Shown: positions 29,838 through 42,058, counted from the first letter of the stretch. The stretch: DNA of 64,000 nt from an uncultured Acidobacteriota bacterium (GCA_963823185.1 CAWGKP010000013.1:135386-199385); one strand, 5' to 3'. The notes: a model not told the origin generated them from the letters alone. Numbers and translations: made by a program.

Positions 29838-32800
29838 CTACCGCCGGATCGACAGCTCCTCGTAGTACACGATCGGGTTCGATCCGAGGATGCCGAGCCC
29901 TTCCACCTCCGGCCGCGCGAAGCAATAGACCTGGTCGTGGAAGAGCGGGATGACGTAGGCCTCGCGCGCGAGGAGCTCCTCGAACTGGCGGTAGATTGCG
30001 TGGCGCAGTGCGGGGGTCGGTCTCGGCGCGGCCGCGCTCGGCGAGCTCGTCGATCTCCCGCGAGCCGACGTACTTGCCGAAGAACCCGGCGTCCGAATGG
30101 AAAAGCGTGTGGACGAAGTTGTCCGCGTCCGCGTAGTCCGCGTTCCATCGGCCGATGTTCACGTCGCCTTCGCCCTTCGGTTGCCCCGCCATGTACTCCG
30201 CCATCGTCTTGTTGATCGGCCGGAGGCGGAAGCCGATGTCGCGGAAGGACGCGGTCAGCTCGCGAAAGAAGGCCGAGAACTCGCCGAGGAAAACGGGGTG
30301 GACCGCGATCGACAGCTCCGTCGGCTCCCGCGAGACCGTCGCCTCGACCGAGCTGTCGGAGGCGTGCGCGCCGGAGATCGGTCCGGAGCCCGGGCCGGAA
30401 GCCGAGTAGCCGAGAAGACCGGGCGGGATGATGCCGTGCGCCGGGATCGCGACCCGGCCCAGCGTGCGCCGGACCATCCCGGCGACGTCCACGTTCCGAA
30501 CGAGCTCGCGCCGGCGCTCCACGTCCTGGAACGGTCCCTTGAGGCTGTTGAAGGTCAGGAAGTAAGTCGAGAGTCTCGGACTCTCGCGATAGTTGGCGGC
30601 GAACCGCGGATCGTGACGGAAAGCTTCGGCGTCCGCCGGCAGCAGATCGGACGAAACGGAGAACCTCCCGGCCAGGAACTCGCTCCGGATTTCCTCGGGC
30701 GACACGCCGAACCGGAACTCGATCCCGTCGCTGCGCGGGAAGCCGTCGCGCCAGTAGTGCGGGTTGCGCTCGAGCTCGAGCCGGCGCCCCGGCTCGAAGC
30801 GGACGAGCCGGAACGGACCGGTGCCGACGATGCCGTCACCGGCTCCGGATCCGACGGCGGCGGTTCCCTCGGGAAGGACCGCCGTCGGCGTATAGGAGAT
30901 GACCGCCGGGAAGAAGGCGACCGGCTTCTCGAGGTCGACGTAGAACTCGCTCGGCGACACGATGTGGAATCCCTCCAGATCGGCCGCCTGGCCGTCGAAG
31001 ATCTTCCGCGCGCCCTGGATCGCCGACAGCAGCCAGCGGTTGACGCTCTGGCTGAGCAACAGCCGCTCCCACGAGGACCGCACGTCGCGCGCCGTCAGGC
31101 GCCGGCCGTCGTGGAAGCGGATTCCCGGGCGGAGCCGGAAGCGATACCGCCGGCCGTCGGCCTCGGGCGTGATCTCGGAGGCGAGCCACGGGACGATGCG
31201 CGTGCCGCCGATGGCGCGCGTGAGTGTCTCGAACTGGCAAGGCGCGACGTCGCTCTGCTCCTGCGTTTCGCACAGGACCGGGTCGAGATCGCGCACGACG
31301 CCGGCGATCGGCACGTGCAGCATCCCGCCGGCGACGTGTCGGTCGGCTTCGGTGCGCGCCTCCGGCGCCTCGACCTTGCCGAGCTCCGCGTAGTTCACGT
31401 ACGGCGCGGTGCTTCGCAGCTGCAGCCCGCGAACCGTCGGGCTCGCAATCCGGTAGTCCACGTCGTGGAAGAGCGGCACGACGATCGCCGGGTCGAGGAG
31501 CGCGTGCTCGAACTTCCTGTAGACGGCCTCGCGCGCCGCCGGCCGCGTCTCCGCGCGGGCCTCCTCGAGGAGCCGGTCGGTCTCGGGGGAGCAGAAGTAC
31601 GCGCGGGCGGCGCCGTTGCCGGAGTGGAAGAGCGTGAACGTGAAGTTGTCGGGATCGTCGTAGTCGGCGATCCACCGCCCGAGCATCAGATCGACGTTCC
31701 GATTCTCGAGCCACGAATCGAGAAACTCGGGCATCGTCTTGGCGACGACGTCGACCTCGACGCCGAGATCTTTCCAGGCCGCGAAGAGCGCCTCGGTCAG
31801 CGCGGCGTACTGGTTCTGCAGGATCGGGTGGACGGACACGCGCAGCCGAACGGGGAGCGACAGCCCGGACGACCGGATCGCCTCGATCGCCTGGTCGCGC
31901 GAGAGGTGCGCCTGGCGGCGCCCCGCGTCGTGGCCGAGGATTCCGGGGGGAATGAGGCCCGTTGCGGGCAGCGCGAGGCGTCCGAGAGCGCCCCACACGA
32001 GGTCCTGCGTGCGCATCGCTCCGGCGAGCGCGCGGCGGAGCGCCGCGTTGCCGCCCGCCGGCGTGCCGGTCTGGAAGACGGCGAAGTACGTGTTCTTCTT
32101 CGGCGTCTCGACGAAGCCGGCGCGGAATCGCGGCTCGCGGAGGATCGCCTCGAGATCCTTCGGAAGGAGATCGCGCGCGAGATCGATCGACCCGTTGCGC
32201 AGGCCTTCCGCGATCGCGGGCGCCGGGACCGCCGCGCGGAACTCCATCCCGTCGAGCCGCGCCGGCGGCTGCTTCCAGGAGCGCGGATTGCGCTCGAGCA
32301 CGACGCGCTCGGGCGTCTGCGAGGCGACGCGGTAGGGGCCGGTGCCGACCGGACGGGCCTCGGGCGCGGCGCCGCCGGCAACGATCGCCGTGCGCGAATC
32401 CGTCAGGAGCGAAGGAAAGATCGGCAGCGAGTCCGCCAGCCGGATCTCGATCTCGCGATCCGACGGCGTGGAGATCCCGGAGACGTCGGCGCTCCGGCCG
32501 GCGAGGTAGTCCTCGACGCCGCGGATCGCGACGAACGCGGCCGGGAGCTGGTCCTTCGAGAGGCGGATCGAGCGCTCGAGCGACGCCTTGACCGCCGCGG
32601 GCGTGACGGGCGTGCCGTCCGAGAAAGCGACGTCCGGACGCAGACGCAGCTTGACCGAGCGGGCCTCGTCCTCGAGAGTCCACCGCTCGCAGAGCGCCGG
32701 GGCGAGGTTTCCCTGGGGATCGGTGGTCACGAGCGTGTCGAAGACGTTCGCCAGAGCCTCCGTTTCTTCGTTGGTCTGGAGGGTGCCGGGCTCCGTCGCG

Positions 32801-35505
32801 GCGATCGGATTGGCCATCGCGACGATGAGCGTGCCGCCCTGCGGGATGGCCTGCTCGGGCGCCGCGTCCGCGGGCGCGAGCTTCTCGATCTCGGCCTGGT
32901 ACGCCGCGGCTTTCACGTACTCGCCGCGCAGGTTCGCGAGCGTCGCGGCGAGCGAGAGCAGCTTTCCGAGCTGCTCGGTCTCCCCGCTCGCGCGCGCCGC
33001 GTCGAGCCCGCGCTCTACAAAACGTCGCGATTCATCGATGCGGCGGGCCTGCCAGGCGGTTTCCGCGACGAGCAGGATCGCGCCGACCGCCCGCGCCGGC
33101 TGCTTCTCCTCCTCGAACTCGCGGATCGCCACTTCGCCTTCCCGCATGGCCGCGTCGATGGCGCCCGCCATGCGGTGGCCGCGCGCGAGGAGCATCCGCG
33201 CCTCGGCCTCGAGCAGCCGGTCGCCCGCCTCCTCCGCGTCCTCGAGGTAGTCGAGCGCGATCTTCGCGACCCGGACCGCCTCGTCCGGGCTGAACGCGTC
33301 GAGCGACTTCTGCGCCAGCTTCAGGCCGTACTCGACGGTCTTCTCGGCGACGTCGGCCTGCGAGTAGTGATGGACGAGCTCGGGGTAGATCCGTTCGAGG
33401 CGGCCGGCGTAGCGCTTCTCGAGGAGCTCCGCGTACTTGCGGTGGAGCGAGCGGCGCCGGCGGCGCGAGAGCGCAGCGTAGAGCACGTCGCGCACGATCC
33501 CGCTCGCGAAGGTCAGCCGATCGCCGCGCGATTCGCGGTCTTCCTCGAGGATGCCCTCGAGAATCAGGCGGTCGATGGAGTCCTCGACGCTGCGGGCGCC
33601 CTCGGCGAGCGTCTCGAGGTCGCGCGCGTCGAAGGTCTTGCCGATCACGGAGGCAACGGACAGGAGTTCGCGCAGTTCCTCGGGCAGCCGCTCGATCCGT
33701 TTCTCGACGGCCTGCTGGATCGTGGCGGGCAGGGCGTCGGCGGAGATCTCGGCTTCCGTCGAGAAGCTCCAGGCGCCGGTGTCGTCGCGGGCGATCTCGC
33801 CCGACTCAACGAGGGAACGGATGAGCTCCTTGGTGAAGAAGGGATTGCCTTCGGTCGCCTGGCGCAGGCGAAGCGTCAGCTTGTCCGAGACCTTCGCGTC
33901 GCCGACGACCGACTCGACGAGCGATCGGTACTCCGAGGAGGAGAACGGAGGCAGCGTCACCGAGACGAAGCGCGGGTCGTCGCCGAAGGACTCGAGCATC
34001 TTGATGAGCGGGTGCCGCCGGTCCGTCTCCGTCTGGCGGTAGCTGCCGACGATGAGCGTCGGGGTCGTGCGCAGCCGCCGCACGATGTACTGCAGCGCCT
34101 CGATCGAGATCTCCGCGCCGTGGAGGTTGTCGAGGATCAGGACGAGCGGCTTTCCGCCCGCGATCCGCGTGATCGTCTTCGCGATCAGCTCGAAGATCTG
34201 GATCCGGTCCTCGGCCTTCTTCTCGCCCGCCGGAACGGCGATGCGCGAGTCGCCGCCGACGGCCGAGCGCAGCTCCGAGATTTCCGAGAGCTGCGGGAAG
34301 AGCGCGATGAGATCCGCCGCGAGGTCGGAGAAGTCGGGCCGTTCGCCGGAGGCGCCCAGGGCGTCGCGCGAGCGGAAGTAATCTTCGATCAGCTCGCAGA
34401 AGCCCTGATAGGAGAAGGACCGGTCCTGCTCGATGAACCGGCCGTAGAGGACTCGGATCTTCCGCGCGAGGGCGAGATTCTTCAGCTCCTCGAGCAGACG
34501 CGTCTTTCCGATCCCGGGCTCGCCCGCCACGACCGCGAACTGCGACTCGCCGGAGATCGCCGCGTTCAGGCGCCGCTGGAGCTCGGCGAACTCCTTCTCG
34601 CGCCCGATGAAGACCGACATGGCAGGCCGCTGGATCATCCGGCTCGGGCTGACGACCATGGACATCCGGAACTCGTCGCTCGCGAGGCTCGACTTGTGGC
34701 GCCGGAGCGCTTCGGCCACCTGCCCCGCCTTCTGCGGCCGTTTGGCGGGGTCCTTCTCGAGGCAGCGCAGGACGAGGTCCTGCAGCTCCTCGCGGATCTC
34801 CGCGCCGAGCGATCGGGGCGGTTGCGGGATCTCGTGCACGATGCGGTAGAGGATCGACTGGACCTCGCCGGTGAACGGCGGCTCGCCGAGGAGGCACTCG
34901 TACAGCACGACGCCGAGCGAATAGATGTCCGACCGGCCGTCGAAGGAGCGCGAGGCGACCTGCTCGGGCGAGAGATAGGCGACGGTCCCGACGAGCGTGC
35001 CCGTCTTCGTCAGGCGCGACTCGGTCGTCGCGTGCGCGAGCCCGAAGTCCATGACGCGCACGCGCGCGCCGGCGCCGTCCTCGCGCGTGACCATGATGTT
35101 GGCGGGCTTGATGTCCCGGTGGACGACACCGCGGGAGTGGCTGTAGTCGAGGGCCTCGGCGACCTGGATGCCGATGTCGACGACGTCGCCGAGGCGCAGC
35201 GACTGGTCGCGGATCAGGCGCAGGAGCGTCGTGCCCCCGACGAGCGGCATCACGAAGAAGAGGGAGCTCTCGTCGCGTCCGAGGTCGTAGATCGGGACGA
35301 TCGCCGGGTGGTCCATCTGTGCGACGATCTGCGCCTCGCGCTGGAACCGGTCCTCGAGCTCCTTCGACAGGTCCGCCGAGGAGATCAGCTTGACGGCGAC
35401 TTCGCGGGAGAGGAGGGGATCCTTCGCGCGATAGACGACGCCCATTCCGCCGCGGCCGAGCTCGACGAGGAGCTCGTATCGGTTGGACAGGGTCGTCGGT
35501 GTCAA
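29838..35505 (-). CDS. giant multidomain Ser/Thr protein kinase - AAA/STAND-like ATPase - TPR-like region - two tandem family-5 solute-binding-protein domains (one frameshift near the 3' end)
   Basis: Hanks kinase motifs (GRGGMGVVYRAKD, VAVK, HRDIKPANIM, DFG, SPE). Walker A VAGEPGIGKTRLLEE. A long helical region. Two SBP_bac_5-like modules (...TLIVAMANPIAATEPG...DGTPVT..., ...LHVPIAGVVRDLDP...RFHDGRRLTARDV...). Deleting one G of G5 at 30012-30016 restores ...ETDPALRHAIYRQFEELLAREAYVIPLFHDQVYCFARPEVEGLGILGSNPIVYYEELSIRR, with the stop at 29838-29840. Confidence 0.9.
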
Positions 35506-35582
35506 GGGTTTTGGTGTTGCCGCCCGCGGACTATACGCCAGGCACGGTGCAGGCGTTACCGGTTACCGATTACTATCGCGGC

Positions 35583-36185
35583 GTGGCCTCCGGCCTCGGC
35601 GCGCGCCTGCGCCGCTACTACATCGCCGGGATCGTCGTGCTCGCGCCGACGGCGCTGACGCTCTGGGTCGTCTGGAAGCTCTTCACCTTCTTCGACAGCA
35701 TCCTCGGCGGGCAGCTCCGCGCGCGTGGGATCTCCGTCTTCGGGCTGGGGTTCGTGCTCCTGAACCTGCTGCTGCTTCTGCTCGGCTGGATCGCGGCGGG
35801 ACTTCTCGGGAAGCGAGCGTTCGCCCTGTGGGACCGCCTCATGCAGCGCGTCCCGCTCATCAACAAGATCTACGCGACGCTGCGGCAGATCGCCGAGCTG
35901 CTGCTCGGGCCCGGCCGCGCGGGCAGCTTCGGCCGCGTCGCGATCGTCGAGTTCCCGTCGCCGGGATCCTGGGGCCTCGGCTTCGTGACCTCGAATACGC
36001 CGGGCGAGGCGGGAGAGAAGACCGGCCGAAAGCTCTGCAGCATCTTCATCCCGAGCGCGGTCAACCCCACGACGGGGTTCCTCCTCGTCGTTCCGGAGGA
36101 GCGCGTGACGTATCTCGAGATGACGCCGGAGCAGGCGATGAAGATGATCGTGTCGGCGGGGGCGCTCGTGCCCGGGCCCTGGTGA
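35583..36185 (+). CDS. DUF502-family membrane protein
   Basis: The N-terminal LRRYYIAGIVVLAPTALTLWVVWKLFTFFDSILG is typical of DUF502. I preferred GTG 35583, because the track start at 35499 would overlap the divergent kinase start codon. Confidence 0.75.
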   Translation: MASGLGARLRRYYIAGIVVLAPTALTLWVVWKLFTFFDSILGGQLRARGISVFGLGFVLLNLLLLLLGWIAAGLLGKRAFALWDRLMQRVPLINKIYATLRQIAELLLGPGRAGSFGRVAIVEFPSPGSWGLGFVTSNTPGEAGEKTGRKLCSIFIPSAVNPTTGFLLVVPEERVTYLEMTPEQAMKMIVSAGALVPGPW

Positions 36186-36274
36186 AGTTGTCGATGGCGC
36201 GCTTCCCTCGCGCCTTGGTCCCCTCACTTGACTGTTTGGGAGTCGTGTGATAGGCCCGCGAGCGGGAGGTTCAA

Positions 36275-36598
36275 ATGAAGACTCTTCTCATGGTTGCCAC
36301 GATCCTGCTGATAAGTCCCGCGATCGGGCGTGCAAATGATTGCAACGCGGCCTGTTGCGTTTGCGTGAAGTCCATAGGGCAATCGCAAGGCCACTGCGAA
36401 AACGCCGGGATTGGTGAAGACGGCATTACGGATTGCGAAGACCCGTGCTCGCTCCCGATGGACATCAACTGTATGAGCTTCGCAAAGTCGGTGGCATATC
36501 GGCCTCTCGTCGTCGACAACCAGACTCGCTGCCTTGTGCCGTCGAAGAGGAATTCTTCGAAACGGTCTCAGGAGCATTCCGGAGGCGTGTACTCCTGA
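36275..36598 (+). CDS. small secreted cysteine-rich protein (hypothetical)
   Basis: SD GGGAGG (36264-36269) lies 5 nt before the ATG. Signal peptide MKTLLMVATILLISPAIGRA. Ten Cys in the ~87-aa mature part (NDCNAACCVCV...GHCEN...DCEDPCS...NCMS...RCL). G+C looks lower than in the neighbours. Confidence 0.65.
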   Translation: MKTLLMVATILLISPAIGRANDCNAACCVCVKSIGQSQGHCENAGIGEDGITDCEDPCSLPMDINCMSFAKSVAYRPLVVDNQTRCLVPSKRNSSKRSQEHSGGVYS

Positions 36599-36621
36599 CA
36601 GCGCGGTCGCGCTGAGAATCT

Positions 36622-38778
36622 ATGATCGCGCTTGCCCTCGCGGCGGCCGTCGCCGCGAATCCATGCGCACTTTGGAGCCTCGCGCCCGCGCCCGGCACGG
36701 CTTTCAAGGCGCCGCCTTCGATGTCGACGGCTGCGGGTCAGCTCCTCCTGTCCGACGGCCGCGGATGCGTCTCGGCGCCGGGAGTTCTCAATTCCAAGGA
36801 GTTTCGTTACTACACCCTTTCTCGGATCGGCGAGCATCCTGGCGGCGGCGAGATCCGTTACTTCCCCTCCAATCTCACGCTCGTTCGGTGGGCGATCGAC
36901 GGGCACAGGGGCGTCGGCGACGCGACCTTGGTCCTGAGACGTAAGGGCGAGCGCTGGTCTGCTTCCAGCGCTTTTTCCGCTCGAGTCGAGCGGTCGCAAG
37001 GCGGTGCGTTCGTACGGTTTGCCCTGGCCGACGGCGCCTGGGACGTTGCGCTCCTCGAGCGAGGATACGGTCCGGTCTTTCACCTCGGAGTCGGGGTCCG
37101 AGGCTCCGTCATGGACCTCCCGCGCCTCGCCGCGCTTCCAGCCGGCCGAGTTCATGGGCGAGTGCGAGGCGCGCGTTCCGGGAAAGCTCCGCCCGAATGG
37201 CGAGCCTATTTGCGGCCTTCGGCGCGAGCTCGAAACGACAGTCCGGCCGCCGCCCTCTTTGGCGATTGGCCGATCGCCGCCAATGCCGATGACCTGGACT
37301 TCGCCAGCGTCCCGCCGGCAGTCTGGGATCTCCACATCGAGGTTCCAGGCCACCAAGGCGCCGAACGAACGGGTCTCGTCATCCGCGCGGGGCAGACCGC
37401 GGATATCGGAGATTTGTTCGTGGGCGGCGACGGCGCGATCGAGGCGCACCTCGCATTTCCAAAGCGGCTTCCCGACGGCAAGCTCGTCGCATCCCTCTGG
37501 CCGGCGGGGGCACGCCAGCGCGGTGCCCCGCCGCTTGCGAGCCGCCAGGTTGACCCGAAAGCGGAGGTCGTCCTCGAGTTTCCGGACATTGCGCCGGGGC
37601 AGGTTGTCTTGTCCTTGGCGACCAGTCCCCCAAGCGGATTCTGGGGCCATATCGATGTCGCGGTGCTCGCCGACGAGGTGGCGGAGATCCGCCAGGACTT
37701 CTCACCGGTGAAGGTGTATGGGGAGATCTGGAAGAACGACGCGCCGGTCGAGGGCGCGAAAGTCGACATCTTTCAGAAAGCGAGCGAATCGGCGGGCACG
37801 ACGAGCAACACAGCAGGCGAGTACGAGCTCTTTGTCTGGTCTCCCGGGACGTATGGTCTGCGGGTCTTTCCGCCGGATGCGGCGCGTTTCGACGAGCGTA
37901 TCGAGATTCCGCCGTCGACCGCCGAGCTTCCGCACGACGTCTCATTGCCCGCGGCCTCACTTTCCGGCACCGTGGTCGATGCCGACTCCGGAGCGCCGAT
38001 CGGCGGCGCCAGTATCGGCGTCCAGTCGAGCCCGATGCAAAACGGGACAATGGTCGGCCGGTCCGCGCAGAGCGAGTCGGTCAAGTCCGGGCCCGACGGT
38101 GCGTTTCGCGTCGACGGTCTACGGGACGAGCCCTACGATGTGGATGCGCAGGCAGACGGGTATGCCGAGAAGACTCTCCGCGGGGTCCTTCCGGGAGCCG
38201 ACGGCGCCGGGATCGTGGTCTCGATGACGAAGGGGACTCGTCTGAAGGGGCGAGTCCAGGATCCGGAAGGCCGCGCGATCCAGATGGCCTGGGTCGGGCT
38301 GGATCTCGACTTGACCGGGCGACAGCCGAACGACTCCCGGATGACGGCGGAGGACGGCACTTTCGCGTTCGAGGGGCTTTCGGCCGGATCGCACGCTGTC
38401 TACGCGCACGTTTGCGGGTACGCCGTCGCCACCGCGGTCATCGATGTGGGCCGGTCGACCGACGTCCAGGTCATCACGTTGCAGCCGGCGACCTCGAGGA
38501 TTCACGTGAGCTTCGCCGACCCGAGCGGACAGGCCGCCGCGGTCGGCGGTGTCAGCTACGTCATTGGAGGGGTTCGAGTTCCGAACATCGCCGTCGGCCG
38601 ATACATTGCCGAATGCGTCGGCGCGGGCTCCTCGTCGGGATACGACGCGGATTTCTTTCCCCCGGGGTCCATCGTCATGCTCGGGCCGAGCGGGGCGAGA
38701 CTGGGGTCCTTCACGAACGACGGCTCCTCCGACCAGTGGCGGGTCGTCGTGCCCGCTGCGGCGCCGGGTTCGCCCTAG
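36622..38778 (+). CDS. large secreted protein with repeated carboxypeptidase-regulatory-like (Ig-like beta-sandwich) domains
   Basis: 718-aa ORF with a hydrophobic N-terminus ([19 protein letters not shown]). It has repeated modules of the type [20 protein letters not shown]..., [18 protein letters not shown]... and [18 protein letters not shown]..., each followed by ...DGxFxxxGL. Confidence 0.75.
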   Translation: MIALALAAAVAANPCALWSLAPAPGTAFKAPPSMSTAAGQLLLSDGRGCVSAPGVLNSKEFRYYTLSRIGEHPGGGEIRYFPSNLTLVRWAIDGHRGVGDATLVLRRKGERWSASSAFSARVERSQGGAFVRFALADGAWDVALLERGYGPVFHLGVGVRGSVMDLPRLAALPAGRVHGRVRGARSGKAPPEWRAYLRPSARARNDSPAAALFGDWPIAANADDLDFASVPPAVWDLHIEVPGHQGAERTGLVIRAGQTADIGDLFVGGDGAIEAHLAFPKRLPDGKLVASLWPAGARQRGAPPLASRQVDPKAEVVLEFPDIAPGQVVLSLATSPPSGFWGHIDVAVLADEVAEIRQDFSPVKVYGEIWKNDAPVEGAKVDIFQKASESAGTTSNTAGEYELFVWSPGTYGLRVFPPDAARFDERIEIPPSTAELPHDVSLPAASLSGTVVDADSGAPIGGASIGVQSSPMQNGTMVGRSAQSESVKSGPDGAFRVDGLRDEPYDVDAQADGYAEKTLRGVLPGADGAGIVVSMTKGTRLKGRVQDPEGRAIQMAWVGLDLDLTGRQPNDSRMTAEDGTFAFEGLSAGSHAVYAHVCGYAVATAVIDVGRSTDVQVITLQPATSRIHVSFADPSGQAAAVGGVSYVIGGVRVPNIAVGRYIAECVGAGSSSGYDADFFPPGSIVMLGPSGARLGSFTNDGSSDQWRVVVPAAAPGSP

Positions 38779-40037
38779 CCGGACACGGCGCGACCGATTT
38801 CCTCGGCTCCGAAGTACGACCGCAGCGCCTTCGGAATCCCGACCGATCCGTCGGCGCGCTGGAAGTTCTCGAGGATCGCGATGAGGGTCCGGCCGATGGC
38901 GAGGCCGGAGCCGTTCAGCGTGTGGACGAACTCGGGCTTCTCTCCCTCGGCGCGGCGGAACCGGATCTGCGCGCGGCGCGCCTGGAAGTCGCCGAAGGTC
39001 GAGCAGGACGAGATCTCGCGATAGGCGTTCTGGCCGGGCAGCCACACCTCGAGGTCGTAGGTCTTCGCCGCGCCGAAGCCGAGATCGCCCGTGCAGAGCG
39101 AGACGACGCGATAGGGCAGCTCCAGCCGCCGGAGCACTTCCTCGGCGTGGCCCGTCAGCCGCTCGAGCGCGGCGTCGGAGTCCTCCGGGAGCACGATCTG
39201 GACGATCTCGACCTTCTCGAACTGGTGCTGCCGGATCATTCCGCGCGTGTCGCGGCCGGCGGCGCCCGCCTCCGCGCGGAAGCAGGACGTGCCGGCCGTG
39301 TAGGCGAGCGGCAGCGCCGACGCCGGGAGCGTCTCCTCGCGGTGGAGGTTGGTCAGGGGCACCTCCGCCGTCGAGATCAGGTAGTACCCCTCGCGCGTCT
39401 GGAAGAGGTCCTCTTCGAACTTCGGCAGCTGCGTCGTCCCGAAGAGGCAGGCCGCGTTGGTCAGCGCGGGCGGGAAGATCTCTTCGTAGCCGTGCTCGCG
39501 GGTATGGAGGTCGAGCATGAAGGCGGACAGCGCCCGCGAGAGCCGCGCGCCGGCGCCCTTGAGCACCGTGAAGCGCGCGCCGGCGAGCTTCACGCCGCGC
39601 TCGAAATCGAGGATGCCGAGGGCGGGACCGAGGTCCCAGTGCGCCTTCGGCTCGAAGTCGAAGCGCGGCGGAGATCCGACGGTTCGCTCGACGCGATTGC
39701 CGCTCTCGTCCTTGCCGCGGGGAACGCTCGCGTGCGGCGCGTTGGGGATGCGCGTCTCGACCTCCGCGAGCTCGGCGTCGTCCTTCTCCGCCTGCTCTTC
39801 GAGGGCGCGGATCTCCTCCTTCAGTCCCTTCATCTCCGCCAGCGCCTCGGGCGACGGCTTGCCCTTGACGGCGGTCAGCTCGTTGCGGCGGCGGCGCTTC
39901 TCCTCGAGCCGCGTGACCGCCTCGCGCCGGCGGCGATCCACCTCGACGAAGCGCTCGAGCCCGGATCCCGCGTATCGCTCGGGATACTCGGCGAGCAGCC
40001 GCGCCGCGTTTTCGCGGAGAAAGTCGCGTGGTAGCAT
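38775..40037 (-). CDS. serS: seryl-tRNA synthetase
   Basis: ATG at 40037 (cat at 40035-40037). An N-terminal coiled-coil arm is followed by the class II core ([46 protein letters not shown]). Codons upstream in the 531-aa track ORF are shadow. Confidence 0.95.
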   Translation of the reverse strand: MLPRDFLRENAARLLAEYPERYAGSGLERFVEVDRRRREAVTRLEEKRRRRNELTAVKGKPSPEALAEMKGLKEEIRALEEQAEKDDAELAEVETRIPNAPHASVPRGKDESGNRVERTVGSPPRFDFEPKAHWDLGPALGILDFERGVKLAGARFTVLKGAGARLSRALSAFMLDLHTREHGYEEIFPPALTNAACLFGTTQLPKFEEDLFQTREGYYLISTAEVPLTNLHREETLPASALPLAYTAGTSCFRAEAGAAGRDTRGMIRQHQFEKVEIVQIVLPEDSDAALERLTGHAEEVLRRLELPYRVVSLCTGDLGFGAAKTYDLEVWLPGQNAYREISSCSTFGDFQARRAQIRFRRAEGEKPEFVHTLNGSGLAIGRTLIAILENFQRADGSVGIPKALRSYFGAEEIGRAVSG

Positions 40038-40119
40038 GAGCCGGCGCGAGTTATATCGCGCCCGGCAGGCTTCCCGCGCGCAGCGCCACCTCTTGAACCG
40101 CCCCTCACATCTCCCCGAC

Positions 40120-41040
40120 GTGGACGCGGTGATCGTGAACCGCGACGGCGGCGAGTCCGTCTTCGCGGCGATCCGGTCGCTGCAGGGACAGGAGGAAGTG
40201 AACCTGTCGCTTCTCGTCGTGGACAACGACTCGGATCCGGCCGAACGCGAGCGCCTGACGGCCGAGAAGGGCGTCCGCGTCGTCCCGTTCTCGCGGAACC
40301 TCGGCTTCGCCGGCGCCGCCAACGAGGGCATCGCGCGCACGCGGGCGCCGTTCGTTCTGCTGGTCAACAACGACGCGACGCTCGCGCCCGACTACGCCGC
40401 GCGGCTGGCGGCACGGCTGGCGCTCGACGAGCGCCTGGCGGCGGTCCAGGGTCTCGTCCGGACGGCGGACGGATCGCGCGTGGACACGGCCGGGATCGCC
40501 TGGACCGACCGCGGCGAGGCGGTTCCCGTCCTCTCGGGCGCCGCGGGGTCGGCGGCCCCGGCCGAGCCGTTCGAGGTGTCCGGGGTCTCGGCCACGGCGG
40601 CGCTGTACCGCCGGGACGCGCTCGCGACGGTGGCGCCTCAGGGCCAGGTCTTCGACGACACCTTCTTCGCGTACTACGAGGACGCGGACCTCTCGCTCCG
40701 TCTGGCTCGCGCCGGCTGGCGCTTCGCGTGCGACCCTCGGGCGTCGGCGCGGCACGAGGGCTCGCGCACCGGCGGCCGCACGCCGTTCCGCCGCGCCGTG
40801 TGGACGGCGCGCAATCGCTGGCGGACGCTCTTCCGGAACTTCGAGCCGCGGCGCATCCGCGGCAGCCTCGGAAACCTGCTTCGGGCGGATCTCGCGCACG
40901 CCCGGAAGCTCGGCTGGAAGGGCGCGGCGCTGCCGCTGCTGGTCTGGCCGCAGCTGCCGCTCGAGGCGCTGCGCTTCCGGCAGGAGCCCCGTCGCCTGCC
41001 CGATTGGCCTGCGGCGGCGCCCGAGCGCGGCCGTCCGTAG
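40120..41040 (+). CDS. family 2 glycosyltransferase
   Basis: [11 protein letters not shown]..., [28 protein letters not shown] and YYEDADL. I preferred GTG 40120. The alternative ATG 40036 would overlap the divergent serS start (shared CATG). Confidence 0.8.
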   Translation: MDAVIVNRDGGESVFAAIRSLQGQEEVNLSLLVVDNDSDPAERERLTAEKGVRVVPFSRNLGFAGAANEGIARTRAPFVLLVNNDATLAPDYAARLAARLALDERLAAVQGLVRTADGSRVDTAGIAWTDRGEAVPVLSGAAGSAAPAEPFEVSGVSATAALYRRDALATVAPQGQVFDDTFFAYYEDADLSLRLARAGWRFACDPRASARHEGSRTGGRTPFRRAVWTARNRWRTLFRNFEPRRIRGSLGNLLRADLAHARKLGWKGAALPLLVWPQLPLEALRFRQEPRRLPDWPAAAPERGRP

Positions 41041-41049
41041 AATCCGCGG

Positions 41050-42058
41050 GTGGACGAGATCGGGGTCATCGTCGTCTCCTGGCACGACGCGCCGGACCTG
41101 TACGAGGCGATCGCGTCTCTGGCGAGAGCGCGCGCCGCGATCCCGCCGGACGGGCCCCGCGTCCGACTGACGGTCGTCGTCAACGGCGGTGACGCGTCGC
41201 CGCGCGAGATCGCCGCCCGGTGGCCGGACGCCGACGTCGTCGTCAACGCCGAGAATCGCGGGTTCGGTCCGGCCGCGAACCAGGGGGCGGCCAGAACTCC
41301 TTCGCCGATCCTCCTCTTCCTCAATCCCGACACGCGCGCGGAAGGCGATCCTTTCCGCGCGATCGCGCGGGGCTTCCGCGAGCGTCCGGGGGCGGTCGCG
41401 CTCGCGCCTCGCCTCCTCGACGAGGAGCCCGGCAACGGCGGCGGCGCCGATGCGGACGCGGCGCGGCTCGCGCCGCCGGGCCGCGAGAACCAGTTCACGT
41501 TCCAGCTGCGCGCGCTTCCCACGATCGCCGCCGACGCGCGCGAGCTCCTCCTGTTCGACCACCTCTTCCCGAACAATCCTGCGCGCCGGCGCGCGCGGTA
41601 CGCCGACCGGGACCCCGACCGGCCGCTGCCGGTCGCCCAGGCCGCCGCCGCGGCGCTCGCCGTGCGCGCCGAAGCGTTTCGCCGGCTCGGCGGCTTCGCC
41701 GAGGACTTCACGCCGGCCTGGTTCGAGGACGTGGATCTCTGCGCGCGCCTGGCGCCGCTCGGAGAGATCGTCTACTGGCCCTCGGCGCGGTTCCGGCACC
41801 GGGGCGGCATCGCCTCGGGCCGGCTCGGCTACGCGCGATTCCTGCCGCTCTACCATCGCAACGCGCTTCGCTACCGCCGGCGGCGCTACAGTCCCGGCGG
41901 CGCGCGCGGCGTATCGGATGCTGTTGCCGCTCGGAATGCTTCTGCGCCTCGCCGTGCTTCCGTTTCGCCGGTCCGATCCGCGCCCGAAGGGCGAGTCGGC
42001 CCGCGCCTATCTCTCCGTGCTGCGGCTCTCGCTCGGCCTCGGCGGGCCCGCCCGATGA
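41050..42058 (+). CDS. family 2 glycosyltransferase (one frameshift)
   Basis: GVIVVSWHD..., NRGFGPAANQG, LFLNPDT and WFEDVDL. Deleting one C of CCC at 41893-41895 joins the ORF 41189..42058 frame (...RYRRRRYSPAARAAYRMLLPLGMLLRLAVLPF...). The stop overlaps the next start (ATGA). Confidence 0.8.

Noticed and set aside
29412-30215. ORFs 29412..29720 (-) and 29469..30215 (+), which have internally duplicated peptide sequence.
   Set aside because: They simply translate the tandem tRNA-promoter array. They are Arg-rich, lack an RBS, and overlap the tRNA and the kinase 3' end.
35499-35582. Track start codons that make divergent genes overlap at their 5' ends: DUF502 at 35499 versus the kinase ATG at 35505, and GT2 ATG 40036 versus serS ATG 40037 sharing CATG.
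   Set aside because: Overlapping divergent starts leave no promoter space. In-frame GTGs further in (35583 and 40120) sit right before the conserved N-termini, so I preferred them. The start positions remain uncertain.
30097-35658. 1853-aa ORF on the + strand, the longest + strand ORF in the window.
   Set aside because: It lies exactly antisense to the kinase gene. Its translation is Arg/Ala/Gly/Asp-rich with no motif, while the minus strand carries clear kinase, Walker A and SBP domains. This is a typical stop-free shadow frame in GC-rich DNA.
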